Positions 7,907-17,687 of a stretch of 23,508 nt of DNA are shown one piece after another. The DNA is taken from positions 74,353 to 97,860 of IMG/VR virus record IMGVR_UViG_2857776322_000004; one strand, 5' to 3'. How positions within the stretch are numbered: the first letter of the stretch is position 1; each line of letters begins with the position of its first letter. A program made the translations under genes and the position numbers. The notes under the pieces are model-generated. The model saw only the letters and a program-made list of their open reading frames with translations. It was not told the origin of the DNA and searched no databases. The DNA is from a virus.

Positions 7907-10900
7907 GTGCCGATCACCGTGGGCACCGTCGAGGTGCACGTCATCCCCAACACCCAGGGGATCCTGACCCGGCTGCGCAACGGCATCCTGCCCGCCGCGA
8001 ACACCGTCGGCACCGAAGCCGGTCAGCAGATGGGCAACCGCCTCACCCAGGCACTCCAGGTCCAGGTCGTCGGGGCGGGCATCCGCATCGGGCGCCAGCT
8101 CGGCGAGGAGATCTCGCGGGAACTGCGCCGCGCGGTGCGCGACGCGCTCCCGGACACGATCCGCACGAGCGGCAAGTTGGCGGCCGCGCAGGGCGGGCGC
8201 GCTGGCGCCGAGACCGGCGGCGCATTCTCACGCGAGCTGAAGACCCGCGTCGAGGCCGCGGTTCGATCCCTACCCAACATCAAGGTCGGCGCCAACACCT
8301 CCGAGGCCGAGTCCGACCTCCAGGCGCTGCGGGTGCGGATGGAGTCTTTGCGCGACAAGCGCATCGGCATCGACATCGGCGCCGACGAGGCGCGCATCGA
8401 GGCGGAAGCCCTCGAGGCCGAACTGCGCCGCCTGGGCGCGATCAGCCCGAACGTCCGCGTCCGGGTCGACACCGCCCGTGCGATCGCCGAACTGGAGGCG
8501 ATGCGCGAGCAGATCAGGCTCGCGACCCTCAAGCCCTGGGAAGTCCGCCTCGAGGTGGACGGCGGGTTCGGCGCCCGGCTGCGCGCCGCAGTCCAGGCCG
8601 CGCAGGCGAGCCTGCCGAACATCAACATCGACTCCAACACGTCCCCGGCGCGTGCCCGGATCCAGGGCCTGCGCGCCGAGCTGGAGCAACTGCGCGACGT
8701 CCGCGTCGGCATCGACATCGACGCCGCCGCGGCGCAGGCGAAGATCGACCAGATTCGGGCCGAGCTGGCCAAGCTCGGGATGAACAAGGACGTCGACCTC
8801 GACGTCCGCGTCGACGCCATGAACGCGCGGCGCGAACTGAAGGCCGTCGAGCTCCAGGCCGACATCCTGGACCGCAAGCGGATCGACATTCCGATCCACA
8901 CCAGTTCGGCGATGAGCAACATCCTGCAACTCGCCGCCGCGCTGGGCGCCGTGATTGTGCCACCCGCGATCGGTGTCCTGGCCGCCGGCCTGGGCGCCGT
9001 CACCTCGGCCGCGTTCGCCGCTGCGGCGGGCATCGGCGCGGTCGCGCTCGTCGCCGTGCCCGGGATCATGAAGATCGCCGGCGCGTTGCAGGCACAGAAG
9101 GCCGCCAACGAAGCGGCAGCCACAGCCTCCGGGAAGTCCGGCGCGGCTGCCGCTCAGCAGGCGATCCAGGCCCAGCAGCAGGCCCTTCAGATGGAGGGCG
9201 CGCAGCAGACTCTCACCCAGGCGTACCGGCAGGCCGCCCAGCAGCGCGAACAGTCGCTGCGGCAGGTCTCGGCCGCGCAGCGTGCCGTCGGCGATGCCCA
9301 GGTGCAGGCGGCGGAGCGCGCGAGGCAGGCGGAACAGCAGCTCGTCGACGCCCAGGCCGACGCGCGGCGGGCGCAGATCGCGCTGACCGACGCCCGCAAG
9401 GCGGCGCGCCTGGAGTTGGAGGACATGCGGTCCCGGCTTGCCGGGGCGGCCCTCGACGAGCGCAGCGCGGTGCTGGCGGTCGAGCGCGCCCAGCAGCGGC
9501 TGGCTTCGACGCGCGAGGCCGGTGCGTCGGTGTCGCGGTTGGACCGCGAGGAAGCGCAACTCGCCTACGACGAGGCCGTACAGCGCCTGGAGGACCAGCG
9601 GCGCGAGAACGGCCGCCTCCAGGAGAGCGCGGCGGCTGCCGCGAAGGCGGGGGTGGAGGGCTCCGACCAGGTCGTCAAGGCCAAGGAGGCCGTGACGCAG
9701 GCCGATCGGCGCGCCGTCGAGGCCGCCGCCGGTGTCCGCACGGCGCAGACCGAGGGTGCGCGTGCCGTCGCGGACGCGCAGCAGCAACTCGCCGACGCGC
9801 AGCGCAACGCGGCACAGGCGGCTCAGCAGTCCGCGGACCAGGTCGCCTCCGCGCAGCGCGGTATCCAGTCGGCCCAACTCGCGGCGGCAGCCGCGGCCGA
9901 GCAGTCGGCCGGCGGCATGGATGCGGCGGCGACCGCCGCGCAGAAGTACCAGGACGCGCTCGCGAAGATGAACCCCGCGACGCGCTCCACCTACGACGCG
10001 GTCCTGCGGCTCAAGGACGCGTTCAAGGCGTGGTCCGATGCGGCTTCACCTGCGGTGATGCCGCTTTTCACGCGGTTCGTCGACGGTCTCACCAGGACTC
10101 TGCCGACGCTGACGCCGATGGTCATGGCAGCGGCCGACGGCATCGGGCGGCTGATGGACCGGGCCTCGCGCTCCTTCGCGCGCGACCCGTTCTGGGCCTC
10201 CTTCAAGGCCGACCTGACGATTGCGATGCCGCGTGCGATCGAGGGGATGGGGGTCTCTTTCGGCAATCTCTTCCGGGGGATCGCCGGGATCTTCGATGCC
10301 TTCAACCCTCACATGGACTCGATCGCCGCCCGCATGGAGAAGGCGACGGGCCGGTTCGCGAACTGGGGTACACAGCTCAAGGGTTCCCCCGAGTTCGAAC
10401 GGTTCCTGGACAACGCCTCACGCAACGCCCCCCTGTTGAAAGAGGCGTTCGCCGCGATGGGGCGGGCGATCCTCGAGGTGAGCAACGCGCTGGAACCTCT
10501 GCGCGGGCCGGCACTGGTGATCCTCACCGCCGTCGCGCAGTTCATCGCGCTGCTGGCCGAGCGGCTGCCCGGCGTCATCCAGTTCCTGGTTCTGTACGCG
10601 ATCGCGTGGCGCGCGATCAACACGGCGATGGCCATCAACGCGGCGGTGTCGAAGATGACGCCGATGGGCCAGCTCATCATGATCATCGCCGCCGTGATCG
10701 CGGTGATCGTGCTGTTGGTCCTGCACTGGGACAAGGTCACCGCCGTGTTCCGGTGGGTCTGGGAGCACGTGCTGCGGCCGGTGTTCCTCGCGATCGCCGA
10801 CGCGGCCGGAGTCATGTGGCGCAACGGCATCAAGCCGGTCGTCGACGGCCTGGTGGCCGGCTGGAACGCGGTCGCCGAGGCCGCGAACTGGCTGTGGCGC

Positions 10901-13159
10901 AAAGTGCTTTCGCCCGTGTTCGACGGCATCGGCGTCGGTGCGCGCATCCTCGCGGCGATCGTCCTCGTGATCCTGATCGCGCCGCTGCTGATCGCCTTCC
11001 GCCTTCTCGCGGCCATCGGGCTGTGGCTGTGGCACGACATATTCGAGCCCGTCTGGACCGGCATGTCCATGGCTGCGGACTGGGCCTGGCGGAACATCCT
11101 CAAGCCGACACTGGAGGGCATCGGCGCCGGGCTCGGCTGGGTCGGCGACCGCCTGGGCGACCTGTGGCACGGCGTGTTCGAGCCGGCCTGGTCGGGCATG
11201 TCCGGGGCGGCCGACTGGGCTTGGCGGAACATCCTCAAGCCGACGTTGGACGCCATCGGCGCCGGATGCGGCTGGGTCGGCGACCGCCTGGGCGACCTGT
11301 GGCACGGCGTGTTCGAGCCCGTCTGGTCGGGCATCTCGAGCGCGGTGTCGTTGGCGTGGAGCATGTTCCTGAAGCCGAGCTTCGACTCGATCACCGGCGG
11401 GATGCAGGCGGTCGGCTCCTGGGCCCAGGACCTCTACCAGGTCTGGATCAAGCCCTGGTTCGACAAGATCGGCGCGGTCATCGGCGACACGATGACCAAC
11501 GCCCAGAAAGCGTTCAGGGTTGCGATCGACGGGATCACCCTTCTCTGGGGATTCCTGAAGGAAATCGTCGCCGCGCCCGTGCGGTTCGTCGTCAACCAGG
11601 TCTACGACAAGGGCATCAAAAAGGTATGGAACTGGGTGGCCGACAAGGTCGGTTTGCCCTCCCTGCCGGACGGCGTGGCCGGATTCGCAAGCGGCGGTAT
11701 CTACCCGGGATATACGCCCGGGCGTGACATCGGGCTTGCCGCCGTTTCCGGTGGCGAGGCCATCATGCGTCCGGAATGGACGCGCGCCGTCGGCCCCGGA
11801 TTTGTCAACTCCATGAATGCCGCCGCCCGCAGCGGCGGTGTGGCCGGGGTGCGTTCCGCACTGTCCACGACGCCGATCGTGGGCGCGTATTCGTGGGGCG
11901 GAATCGTCGGCAGTGTCGTCGACACCGTCAAGTCGGGAATCGACGCGATTCCCGGCGCGTCCTGGGTCCTGGACAAGGGTGCCAGTCTCGCCCGGGGTTT
12001 CCTCGCGGGTTCCGTCGAGCTGGCGATGAAGCCTGTGCGGGCCATGATCGGGGAGATCCGAGGCGAGAGTCCCTGGTCGAAGGTCGCGCGCGGCCTGCCG
12101 AACAAGGCGATCGACGGTGTCATCGACTGGATCCGCGAGGACGACCGCAAGCAGGCGCTTTCCGGCGTCGGCGTCGCGGCGTCCGCGCTGCGCGAGGCCA
12201 TGACCTATGCGGGCGTGCCGTACCTGTGGGGCGGCACCTCGAGGTTGGGCATCGACTGTTCCGGCCTGACGCAGGCCGCCTACAAGGCGGTCGGTGTGGA
12301 GATCGGCCGCACGACCTACGACCAGGTCAAACGCGGCCGGCACATCGCGATGCGGGACGCCGTGCCCGGCGACTTGGTCTTCGAGCAGTTCGAAGGTCCC
12401 TCTCCGAGCCACGTCGGCATGTACCTGCGCCCCGGCGTCATCTGGAACGCGCCGCGCCCGGGACTGGGCGTCGGGGAGTCCGGAATCGCGAACGTCGTCG
12501 ACGTGCGCCGTATGGCGTCCGACGTCATGGGCGGCTCCGTGAGCGCCTTCGGCGACGTCGCCGGCTGGCTGCGGGCCGCGCTCGCGGCGACCGGGAAGCC
12601 GGCCGAATGGCTCGCACCGTTGATGACGATCGCGAAATTCGAATCGGGTGGAAATCCGCGTGCGGAAAACCACTGGGACTCGAACCAGCGATACGGCGGG
12701 ACGTTCGGGTTGATGCAGACCATTCCGCCGACTTTCAATGCATACAAGTTGCCCGGCATGGACGACATCCTGAACCCGATCCACAATGCAATTGCGGCGA
12801 TTCGCTACATTGCAGCCCGCTACGGAACTCCCTTCAATACTCCGGGAATTCGGTCGCTGTCGGCGGGCGGCGGTTATCTGGGATACAAGGCCGGCGGCAT
12901 CGTCCCGTTGGCGTTCGACAGCGGCGGCTATCTGCCTCCGGGGTTGAACCTGACGTACAACGGGCTCGGGCGGCCCGAGCCGGTTTTCACCCCGGCGCAG
13001 TCCGCAGCACTGTTCTCCGGGGTGCGCGGCGGCGACGGCGGGGGAGTGTTCACCGGCGAACTCCGCCTCTCGGGCGGGGAATTGCTGGGCGTCGTCGACG
13101 GCCGGATCGATCGCAAACAGGACGAACTCGCGGGTCGGCTCGGCATGGGCAGGGGGTGA
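7907..13159 (+). CDS. Tape measure protein, 1750 aa, with C-terminal NlpC/P60 peptidase and SLT-type lytic transglycosylase domains
   Basis: GAGGAGG RBS; long Ala/Gln coiled coil; Trp-periodic amphipathic repeats; GVPYLWGG..GIDCSG..HVGMY (~12190-12510); ESGGNP..GLMQ..NAIAAIRYI (~12570-12885). Confidence 0.93.
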   Translation: MPITVGTVEVHVIPNTQGILTRLRNGILPAANTVGTEAGQQMGNRLTQALQVQVVGAGIRIGRQLGEEISRELRRAVRDALPDTIRTSGKLAAAQGGRAGAETGGAFSRELKTRVEAAVRSLPNIKVGANTSEAESDLQALRVRMESLRDKRIGIDIGADEARIEAEALEAELRRLGAISPNVRVRVDTARAIAELEAMREQIRLATLKPWEVRLEVDGGFGARLRAAVQAAQASLPNINIDSNTSPARARIQGLRAELEQLRDVRVGIDIDAAAAQAKIDQIRAELAKLGMNKDVDLDVRVDAMNARRELKAVELQADILDRKRIDIPIHTSSAMSNILQLAAALGAVIVPPAIGVLAAGLGAVTSAAFAAAAGIGAVALVAVPGIMKIAGALQAQKAANEAAATASGKSGAAAAQQAIQAQQQALQMEGAQQTLTQAYRQAAQQREQSLRQVSAAQRAVGDAQVQAAERARQAEQQLVDAQADARRAQIALTDARKAARLELEDMRSRLAGAALDERSAVLAVERAQQRLASTREAGASVSRLDREEAQLAYDEAVQRLEDQRRENGRLQESAAAAAKAGVEGSDQVVKAKEAVTQADRRAVEAAAGVRTAQTEGARAVADAQQQLADAQRNAAQAAQQSADQVASAQRGIQSAQLAAAAAAEQSAGGMDAAATAAQKYQDALAKMNPATRSTYDAVLRLKDAFKAWSDAASPAVMPLFTRFVDGLTRTLPTLTPMVMAAADGIGRLMDRASRSFARDPFWASFKADLTIAMPRAIEGMGVSFGNLFRGIAGIFDAFNPHMDSIAARMEKATGRFANWGTQLKGSPEFERFLDNASRNAPLLKEAFAAMGRAILEVSNALEPLRGPALVILTAVAQFIALLAERLPGVIQFLVLYAIAWRAINTAMAINAAVSKMTPMGQLIMIIAAVIAVIVLLVLHWDKVTAVFRWVWEHVLRPVFLAIADAAGVMWRNGIKPVVDGLVAGWNAVAEAANWLWRKVLSPVFDGIGVGARILAAIVLVILIAPLLIAFRLLAAIGLWLWHDIFEPVWTGMSMAADWAWRNILKPTLEGIGAGLGWVGDRLGDLWHGVFEPAWSGMSGAADWAWRNILKPTLDAIGAGCGWVGDRLGDLWHGVFEPVWSGISSAVSLAWSMFLKPSFDSITGGMQAVGSWAQDLYQVWIKPWFDKIGAVIGDTMTNAQKAFRVAIDGITLLWGFLKEIVAAPVRFVVNQVYDKGIKKVWNWVADKVGLPSLPDGVAGFASGGIYPGYTPGRDIGLAAVSGGEAIMRPEWTRAVGPGFVNSMNAAARSGGVAGVRSALSTTPIVGAYSWGGIVGSVVDTVKSGIDAIPGASWVLDKGASLARGFLAGSVELAMKPVRAMIGEIRGESPWSKVARGLPNKAIDGVIDWIREDDRKQALSGVGVAASALREAMTYAGVPYLWGGTSRLGIDCSGLTQAAYKAVGVEIGRTTYDQVKRGRHIAMRDAVPGDLVFEQFEGPSPSHVGMYLRPGVIWNAPRPGLGVGESGIANVVDVRRMASDVMGGSVSAFGDVAGWLRAALAATGKPAEWLAPLMTIAKFESGGNPRAENHWDSNQRYGGTFGLMQTIPPTFNAYKLPGMDDILNPIHNAIAAIRYIAARYGTPFNTPGIRSLSAGGGYLGYKAGGIVPLAFDSGGYLPPGLNLTYNGLGRPEPVFTPAQSAALFSGVRGGDGGGVFTGELRLSGGELLGVVDGRIDRKQDELAGRLGMGRG
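11027..11335 (+). repeat. 135-bp (45-aa) tandem direct repeat, ~2.3 copies, within the tape measure gene
   Basis: TTCGAGCC recurs at 11042, 11177 and 11312; the peptide FEP.W.GMS.AADWAWRNILKPTL..IGAG.GWVGDRLGDLWHGV is repeated. Confidence 0.9.
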
Positions 13160-13162
13160 CCG

Positions 13163-15388
13163 GTGGCGATCAGCACGAACCTCCTCGACGCGAACACGTC
13201 CGGGTTCGAAACCAACATCGGGACCTGGACGGCCGGGAGCAACACCACGGCGGCCCGGGTCACCGGTGTCTGGTACACCGGCGCCGCGTGCATGCGGTTG
13301 ACGGCGACCGCGAACGGGTCGGTGGTCGCGACCACCGGGGCGGTGCCGATCACCGCCCTGTCCGAGTACCTGGCGTTCGCGTTCACCGCGAACACCGCGG
13401 CGGTCGCGGGCCGCACGGTGTCGCTGACCCTGACCTGGCTGAACGCATCCAACGCCACCGTCGGGACCTCGGTCGGCACCACCCCGACGGCCATGCCCGC
13501 GTCCACCGCGTGGGTCACACCCCCGACGTTCGTGGACGCCGTCGCCCCGGCGACCGCGACCCAGGTCAAACTCACCGTCACCGTGACGGGCATGCTCGCC
13601 GGCGGGCAGATCCTCGTCGACGAGGTCGGCCTCGGCCCGCCGCTCCTCCAGAGCGGCAACCTGCTGTTCTACAACGACCAGTCCATCGAGATGGACGCGA
13701 GCGGCTGGACGGCGTCCGTCAACTGCACGGCGGCGCGTTCGTCCGCCCAGTTCGTCGAGGGCTGGTACTCGCTCGCGGTCACCGCGACCGCGTCCGGCGA
13801 CGTCCAGGTCCGCTCGGTGGCGACACCGGCCGTCGCCGCCGGCACCGAGTACTTCGGGTACTTCTGGATCCGCACGCCGATTGCGCTCACGGTCCAGGCG
13901 GACCTGTGGTGGTACGACGCGTCGAACGCGCAGGTCGGGACGACCAGCACCACCACGGTCACCGCGGTGACGACCTGGCAGCGCCTGGGCGTGGCCGCGA
14001 AACCCCCGGCGACCGCGACCAAGGTCCGGCTCGTCGTCCGGCCGCAGGCCACCGCCGCCGCGCAGGTCGTGTACGTCGACCAGATGACGATCCGCACCGC
14101 GCCGTTCAGCGTGGCCGGCAACCTCCTCGCGTTCGGCGTCGAGTCGATGGAGTGCGATCTCACCGGCTGGGCCGCGGGGGCGAACGCGAGCATCGCCCGC
14201 ACCACCGCGCAGGCGTCCGCCGGCTTCTGGTCCATGGAGGTCACGACCCCCGCCGCCGGCCAGGGTCGCGCCCAGACAACCGCGCTCGTGCCGGTCGTCG
14301 CCGGCACCTACTACCTGGCCAAGCAGAGCTATCGGTCTGCGACCGCCGGCGCGATGTGGACCGACATCGACTGGTACGCCTCGGACGGCGTCACCTGGCT
14401 GGGCAACGCCGGCCCCGACCGGGACCTCGGCCTCACGCCCGGCTCTTGGTGGTCGAACACCATCGGCCGCAAGGCCCCGCCCGGCGCGGCGTGGGCCCGG
14501 GTGGTGTCCCTACCGCAGTCCACGCTCGCCGGTCAGGTGTGGTGGGTCGACGCGGTCGGCCTCAGCGTCGGCACTCCGCCCTACGAACTCACCGCCCACC
14601 CGGAAACGGGCTCCGCGACCCTGGTCATCAACAACGCCACCTCGTCCGGCGCCACCTCCATCACCGTGCACCGCGTCGACCCGGACGGCACCCGCTCGCC
14701 CGTCCGCGGCTACGGCGGCGACCTCGAGAACGTGGCCGTCCCGGGCGCGGTCATGGTCGTCACCGACTACGAGGTCCCCCTCGGCGCCGAGATCCACTAC
14801 GAGTACATCCGGCACGCCCCCGGGCCGCCCGCCGTCGACTACAGCACCGGCACCACCGGCATCGTCGTGGCTCCGCCGGCCGACCCGGCGTATGTATGGC
14901 TGTCCGACCCGGGCCAACCCGCCCGATCCATCCGGCTCATGATCGAGAAGCCGCCGGACTGGACGTTCGGCATCGAACGGGCCGTGTATCGGGTGCGGGG
15001 CCGTGCCGACCCGATCGTGCGCTCCGACGTGCGCCGGACCCCGGAAGGCGACCTGGCCGCCTACACCTGGACCACCAGCGACGACACCCAACTGCGGTTC
15101 ACGCTGGAGACCGGCCACGTCCTGCTCCTGCGGGCGCGGCCCGGCTGGGGCCTCGACTACCAGTACGTGTCCGTGGGATCCGTGCAGTCGCCCCGCGTGG
15201 TGCAGATGGGTTCCGAGGCCGGCCGGCGCTGGACCCTGCCGCTCACCGTCGTCGCCCGCCCGACCGGCGGCATGGTCGGGTCCGCGTCCCGTACCTGGCA
15301 GACCGTCAAGGACGACGCGACCGCGACCACCTGGGCTGCGGTCCTCGCGAAGTACTCGACGTGGCTCGACGTCCTCCAGGGGGTGTGA
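13163..15388 (+). CDS. Minor tail protein (distal-tail-like) with three N-terminal carbohydrate-binding-module-like repeats
   Basis: First gene after the tape measure; three ~155-aa repeats starting NLL...E....W at 13178, 13658 and 14120; C-terminal WLSDP...GR.DP region. Confidence 0.72.
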   Translation: MAISTNLLDANTSGFETNIGTWTAGSNTTAARVTGVWYTGAACMRLTATANGSVVATTGAVPITALSEYLAFAFTANTAAVAGRTVSLTLTWLNASNATVGTSVGTTPTAMPASTAWVTPPTFVDAVAPATATQVKLTVTVTGMLAGGQILVDEVGLGPPLLQSGNLLFYNDQSIEMDASGWTASVNCTAARSSAQFVEGWYSLAVTATASGDVQVRSVATPAVAAGTEYFGYFWIRTPIALTVQADLWWYDASNAQVGTTSTTTVTAVTTWQRLGVAAKPPATATKVRLVVRPQATAAAQVVYVDQMTIRTAPFSVAGNLLAFGVESMECDLTGWAAGANASIARTTAQASAGFWSMEVTTPAAGQGRAQTTALVPVVAGTYYLAKQSYRSATAGAMWTDIDWYASDGVTWLGNAGPDRDLGLTPGSWWSNTIGRKAPPGAAWARVVSLPQSTLAGQVWWVDAVGLSVGTPPYELTAHPETGSATLVINNATSSGATSITVHRVDPDGTRSPVRGYGGDLENVAVPGAVMVVTDYEVPLGAEIHYEYIRHAPGPPAVDYSTGTTGIVVAPPADPAYVWLSDPGQPARSIRLMIEKPPDWTFGIERAVYRVRGRADPIVRSDVRRTPEGDLAAYTWTTSDDTQLRFTLETGHVLLLRARPGWGLDYQYVSVGSVQSPRVVQMGSEAGRRWTLPLTVVARPTGGMVGSASRTWQTVKDDATATTWAAVLAKYSTWLDVLQGV

Positions 15389-15389
15389 A

Positions 15390-16499
15390 GTGCTCACCGT
15401 CACCCCACGGTTCCTGCCCGCGCTCACCCTGAGCCACAACCAGGCCGGGAGGGTCGACGTCCTCCAGGGCGTCACCCTCCTGCTGTCCGGCGTCCCCTAC
15501 GAGGACGGCACCGTCACCGCGGACGCCGGATCCGACGTCCGCTATTCGATGACGCTCACCGTCTCCGACCCGTCCCTCCTCCCGTTCGACCCCGCGGACT
15601 TTCTCGCCCCCTACGGCCAGGCACTGCACCCCTACCAGGGCCTGACCTACACCGACGGCACCACCGAGGTCGTGCCCTGCGGCGTCCACGTGATCACCCA
15701 GGTGTCCGGGGACCGCGACACGGGCCCGGTCACCGTCACCGCCAAGGGACGCGAAGTCGTCGTCCAGGCGGCCAGGTTCACCGCCTCGTGGGACACGCGC
15801 GGGTTCGGCTCCCACGTCGACGCGATCTCCGCCGCCGTGATCACGGTCATGCCGGCCGTCGTCGTCGACGACCGCACCACCCACGACCGCACCCCCGCCT
15901 ACCGGGTCTGGAAGGCGGGCGACGACCGATGGTCCGCCTGCCGTGAACTCGCCAAGGCCATCGGCGCGAGTTGCTACTTCGACGCGGTCGGCACACTCGT
16001 GGTCGCCGACCTGCCGCCCGCCCCCGACGGCGCGACCCCCGTGTGGGACGTCGCCGCGGGCCCCGGCGGCGTCCAGGTGTCCGCCGGCTGGGGACTGTCC
16101 TCCGACGGCCTCTACAACGGCGTCCGCGCGTCCGGCCAGAACTCCACCGACAACGTCGCCCCCGTCACCGACCTCGTCGTCGACACCGACCCCACCAGCC
16201 CGACCCGCTGGGGCGGACCCCTCGGTCAGCGCCTGCTCACCTACGAATCGCCGCTCCTGATCACGACCGGGGACTGCACCGTCGCCGCCGAAGGTCTCCT
16301 GCGCACCGGCATCGGCCTCAAGACCACCGTCGACCTGCAATCGGTCCCCAACCCCGCCCTGGAACCGGGGGACTGCGTGCGCACGATCTACACCGACGGC
16401 ACCCGCACCCTCCACATCGTGCGCTCCCTCACCATCCCCCTCGGCGACGGACCCTGCTCCATCAAGACCATGTCGGCGGCCGACGACCCGGAGCCCTGA
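15390..16499 (+). CDS. Minor tail protein (baseplate hub / Tal-like), 369 aa
   Basis: GTG 15390 just after the upstream stop; DRWSAC.ELA, YNGV, SPTRWGGPLG, PNPALEPGD motifs seen in Streptomyces phage hub proteins. Confidence 0.75.
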   Translation: MLTVTPRFLPALTLSHNQAGRVDVLQGVTLLLSGVPYEDGTVTADAGSDVRYSMTLTVSDPSLLPFDPADFLAPYGQALHPYQGLTYTDGTTEVVPCGVHVITQVSGDRDTGPVTVTAKGREVVVQAARFTASWDTRGFGSHVDAISAAVITVMPAVVVDDRTTHDRTPAYRVWKAGDDRWSACRELAKAIGASCYFDAVGTLVVADLPPAPDGATPVWDVAAGPGGVQVSAGWGLSSDGLYNGVRASGQNSTDNVAPVTDLVVDTDPTSPTRWGGPLGQRLLTYESPLLITTGDCTVAAEGLLRTGIGLKTTVDLQSVPNPALEPGDCVRTIYTDGTRTLHIVRSLTIPLGDGPCSIKTMSAADDPEP

Positions 16500-16750
16500 T
16501 GGACCTCGCCGACATCATCCACGACGTCGTGCGCCGCCTGCTGGACGAATCCTCCGCCGACTGGCGCATGGGCACCGTCACCGCCCTCACCCCCGACTCC
16601 ACCGCCGGAACCCTCCTCGTCGACGTCGGCGGCGGCACCGTCGTCAAAGCCCGCCGCGCCGCCACCTACACCAGCCCCGTCGTGGGCGACCGCGTGTGGG
16701 CGGACCGCAACCGGGCCGGCGAATGGCGCGTGACCGGCAAGCTCGCCTGA
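16499..16750 (+). CDS. Small tail-tip protein, 83 aa (possible OB-fold)
   Basis: TGATG coupling; GTVT...YTSPVVGDRVW...W.V.GKL pattern; synteny. Confidence 0.6.
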   Translation: MDLADIIHDVVRRLLDESSADWRMGTVTALTPDSTAGTLLVDVGGGTVVKARRAATYTSPVVGDRVWADRNRAGEWRVTGKLA

Positions 16751-16805
16751 ACCCACGAACCCCCCTGCAACGCCCGGCAATCACGAGTCCGGGTGGAGGT
16801 GACGC

Positions 16806-17387
16806 ATGCCCGCTACCGACAAATACGGCCAGGAGATCCCCTACTCGCTCCTCACCGACTCACCCGACGCCCAAGCCCTCGGCAAGGGCATCGCCGACGC
16901 CGCCGCCGGACGCTCCGTCATGCGGTTCGCATCCGCGGCCAACCGCGGCGCCACCCTCATCGGCGACTCCGCCGCCCAGGAGGGCATGGTCACCTACGTC
17001 AAGGACGCGGACCGCATCGACTACTACGACGGCGCGAACTGGCAGCCCCTGACGCCCGGCCCCTGGATCCCGTTCCCCGTGGCGTCCGGCATCTCCTACA
17101 ACTCCGGCAGCCCCGCCTACCGGCTGGTCAACGGCGTCGTGGAAATGCGCGGCACCCTGCGCCGCACCGACGGCGAAGGCTTCGACGCCGAGAGCGTCAT
17201 CCACCTGGGAACCCTGCCCGGCGGCTACTGGCCCGGCTACTACCGCTACTACATCGTCGCCACCGAGTGGGCCGCGCAGATCCACGCCCGCCTGGAGATC
17301 GACCCCACCAACGGCTGGATCAACGCCCTCATCCTCGAGGGCTCCCCGCACTGGATCGCCGTGGACGGCGTGTCCTCCAGCCTCTGA
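16806..17387 (+). CDS. Minor tail / tail fibre-associated protein, 193 aa
   Basis: GGAGG RBS; MRFASAA.R...EGMVTY...YDGANW N-terminal motif and YR..NG.V..RG...LP.GY.P C-terminal motif. Confidence 0.65.
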   Translation: MPATDKYGQEIPYSLLTDSPDAQALGKGIADAAAGRSVMRFASAANRGATLIGDSAAQEGMVTYVKDADRIDYYDGANWQPLTPGPWIPFPVASGISYNSGSPAYRLVNGVVEMRGTLRRTDGEGFDAESVIHLGTLPGGYWPGYYRYYIVATEWAAQIHARLEIDPTNGWINALILEGSPHWIAVDGVSSSL

Positions 17388-17453
17388 CCCCTCGCCACAC
17401 CCCGGGCCGCAACAGCCCGAGGACCCCCCCTTTTCCCGCGCCCGGAGAACCCC

Positions 17454-17687
17454 ATGCCCCACTACCACGCCGCGATCGTCCACCCCGGCGACGAGACCAC
17501 CTACTGCGGAATCGTCCCCGGCGAGCACGTCGAAGCGGTACTCGCCGCCTGCGAAACCCACCCCGAACGCGAACCCAAAACCGGCCGCGACGGCGGGATC
17601 TACGTGCTCCGCGCCGACGGCGACCTCGACCACTACCTCCCCGTCGACGCCCCCGCGCGCCCGACCGAAACAGCGGTGACCCCATGA
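17454..17687 (+). CDS. Hypothetical protein, 77 aa
   Basis: GGAGA RBS; GC3-rich codons; its stop overlaps the endolysin ATG (ATGA). Confidence 0.65.
   Translation: MPHYHAAIVHPGDETTYCGIVPGEHVEAVLAACETHPEREPKTGRDGGIYVLRADGDLDHYLPVDAPARPTETAVTP

Noticed and set aside
7897-11727. 1276-aa + strand ORF and other long Arg/Pro-rich ORFs (e.g. 11776..15432 +, 10418..12784 -, 19736..22096 -)
   Set aside because: Shadow frames of real genes in high-GC DNA; low-complexity R/P/G/A composition with no RBS or motifs.
16762-16770. CCCCTGCAA matches the reverse complement of part of spacer 3 (possible self-target)
   Set aside because: Only 9 contiguous nt, excluding the first seed positions; a match this short is weak evidence in a 23.5-kb GC-rich window.
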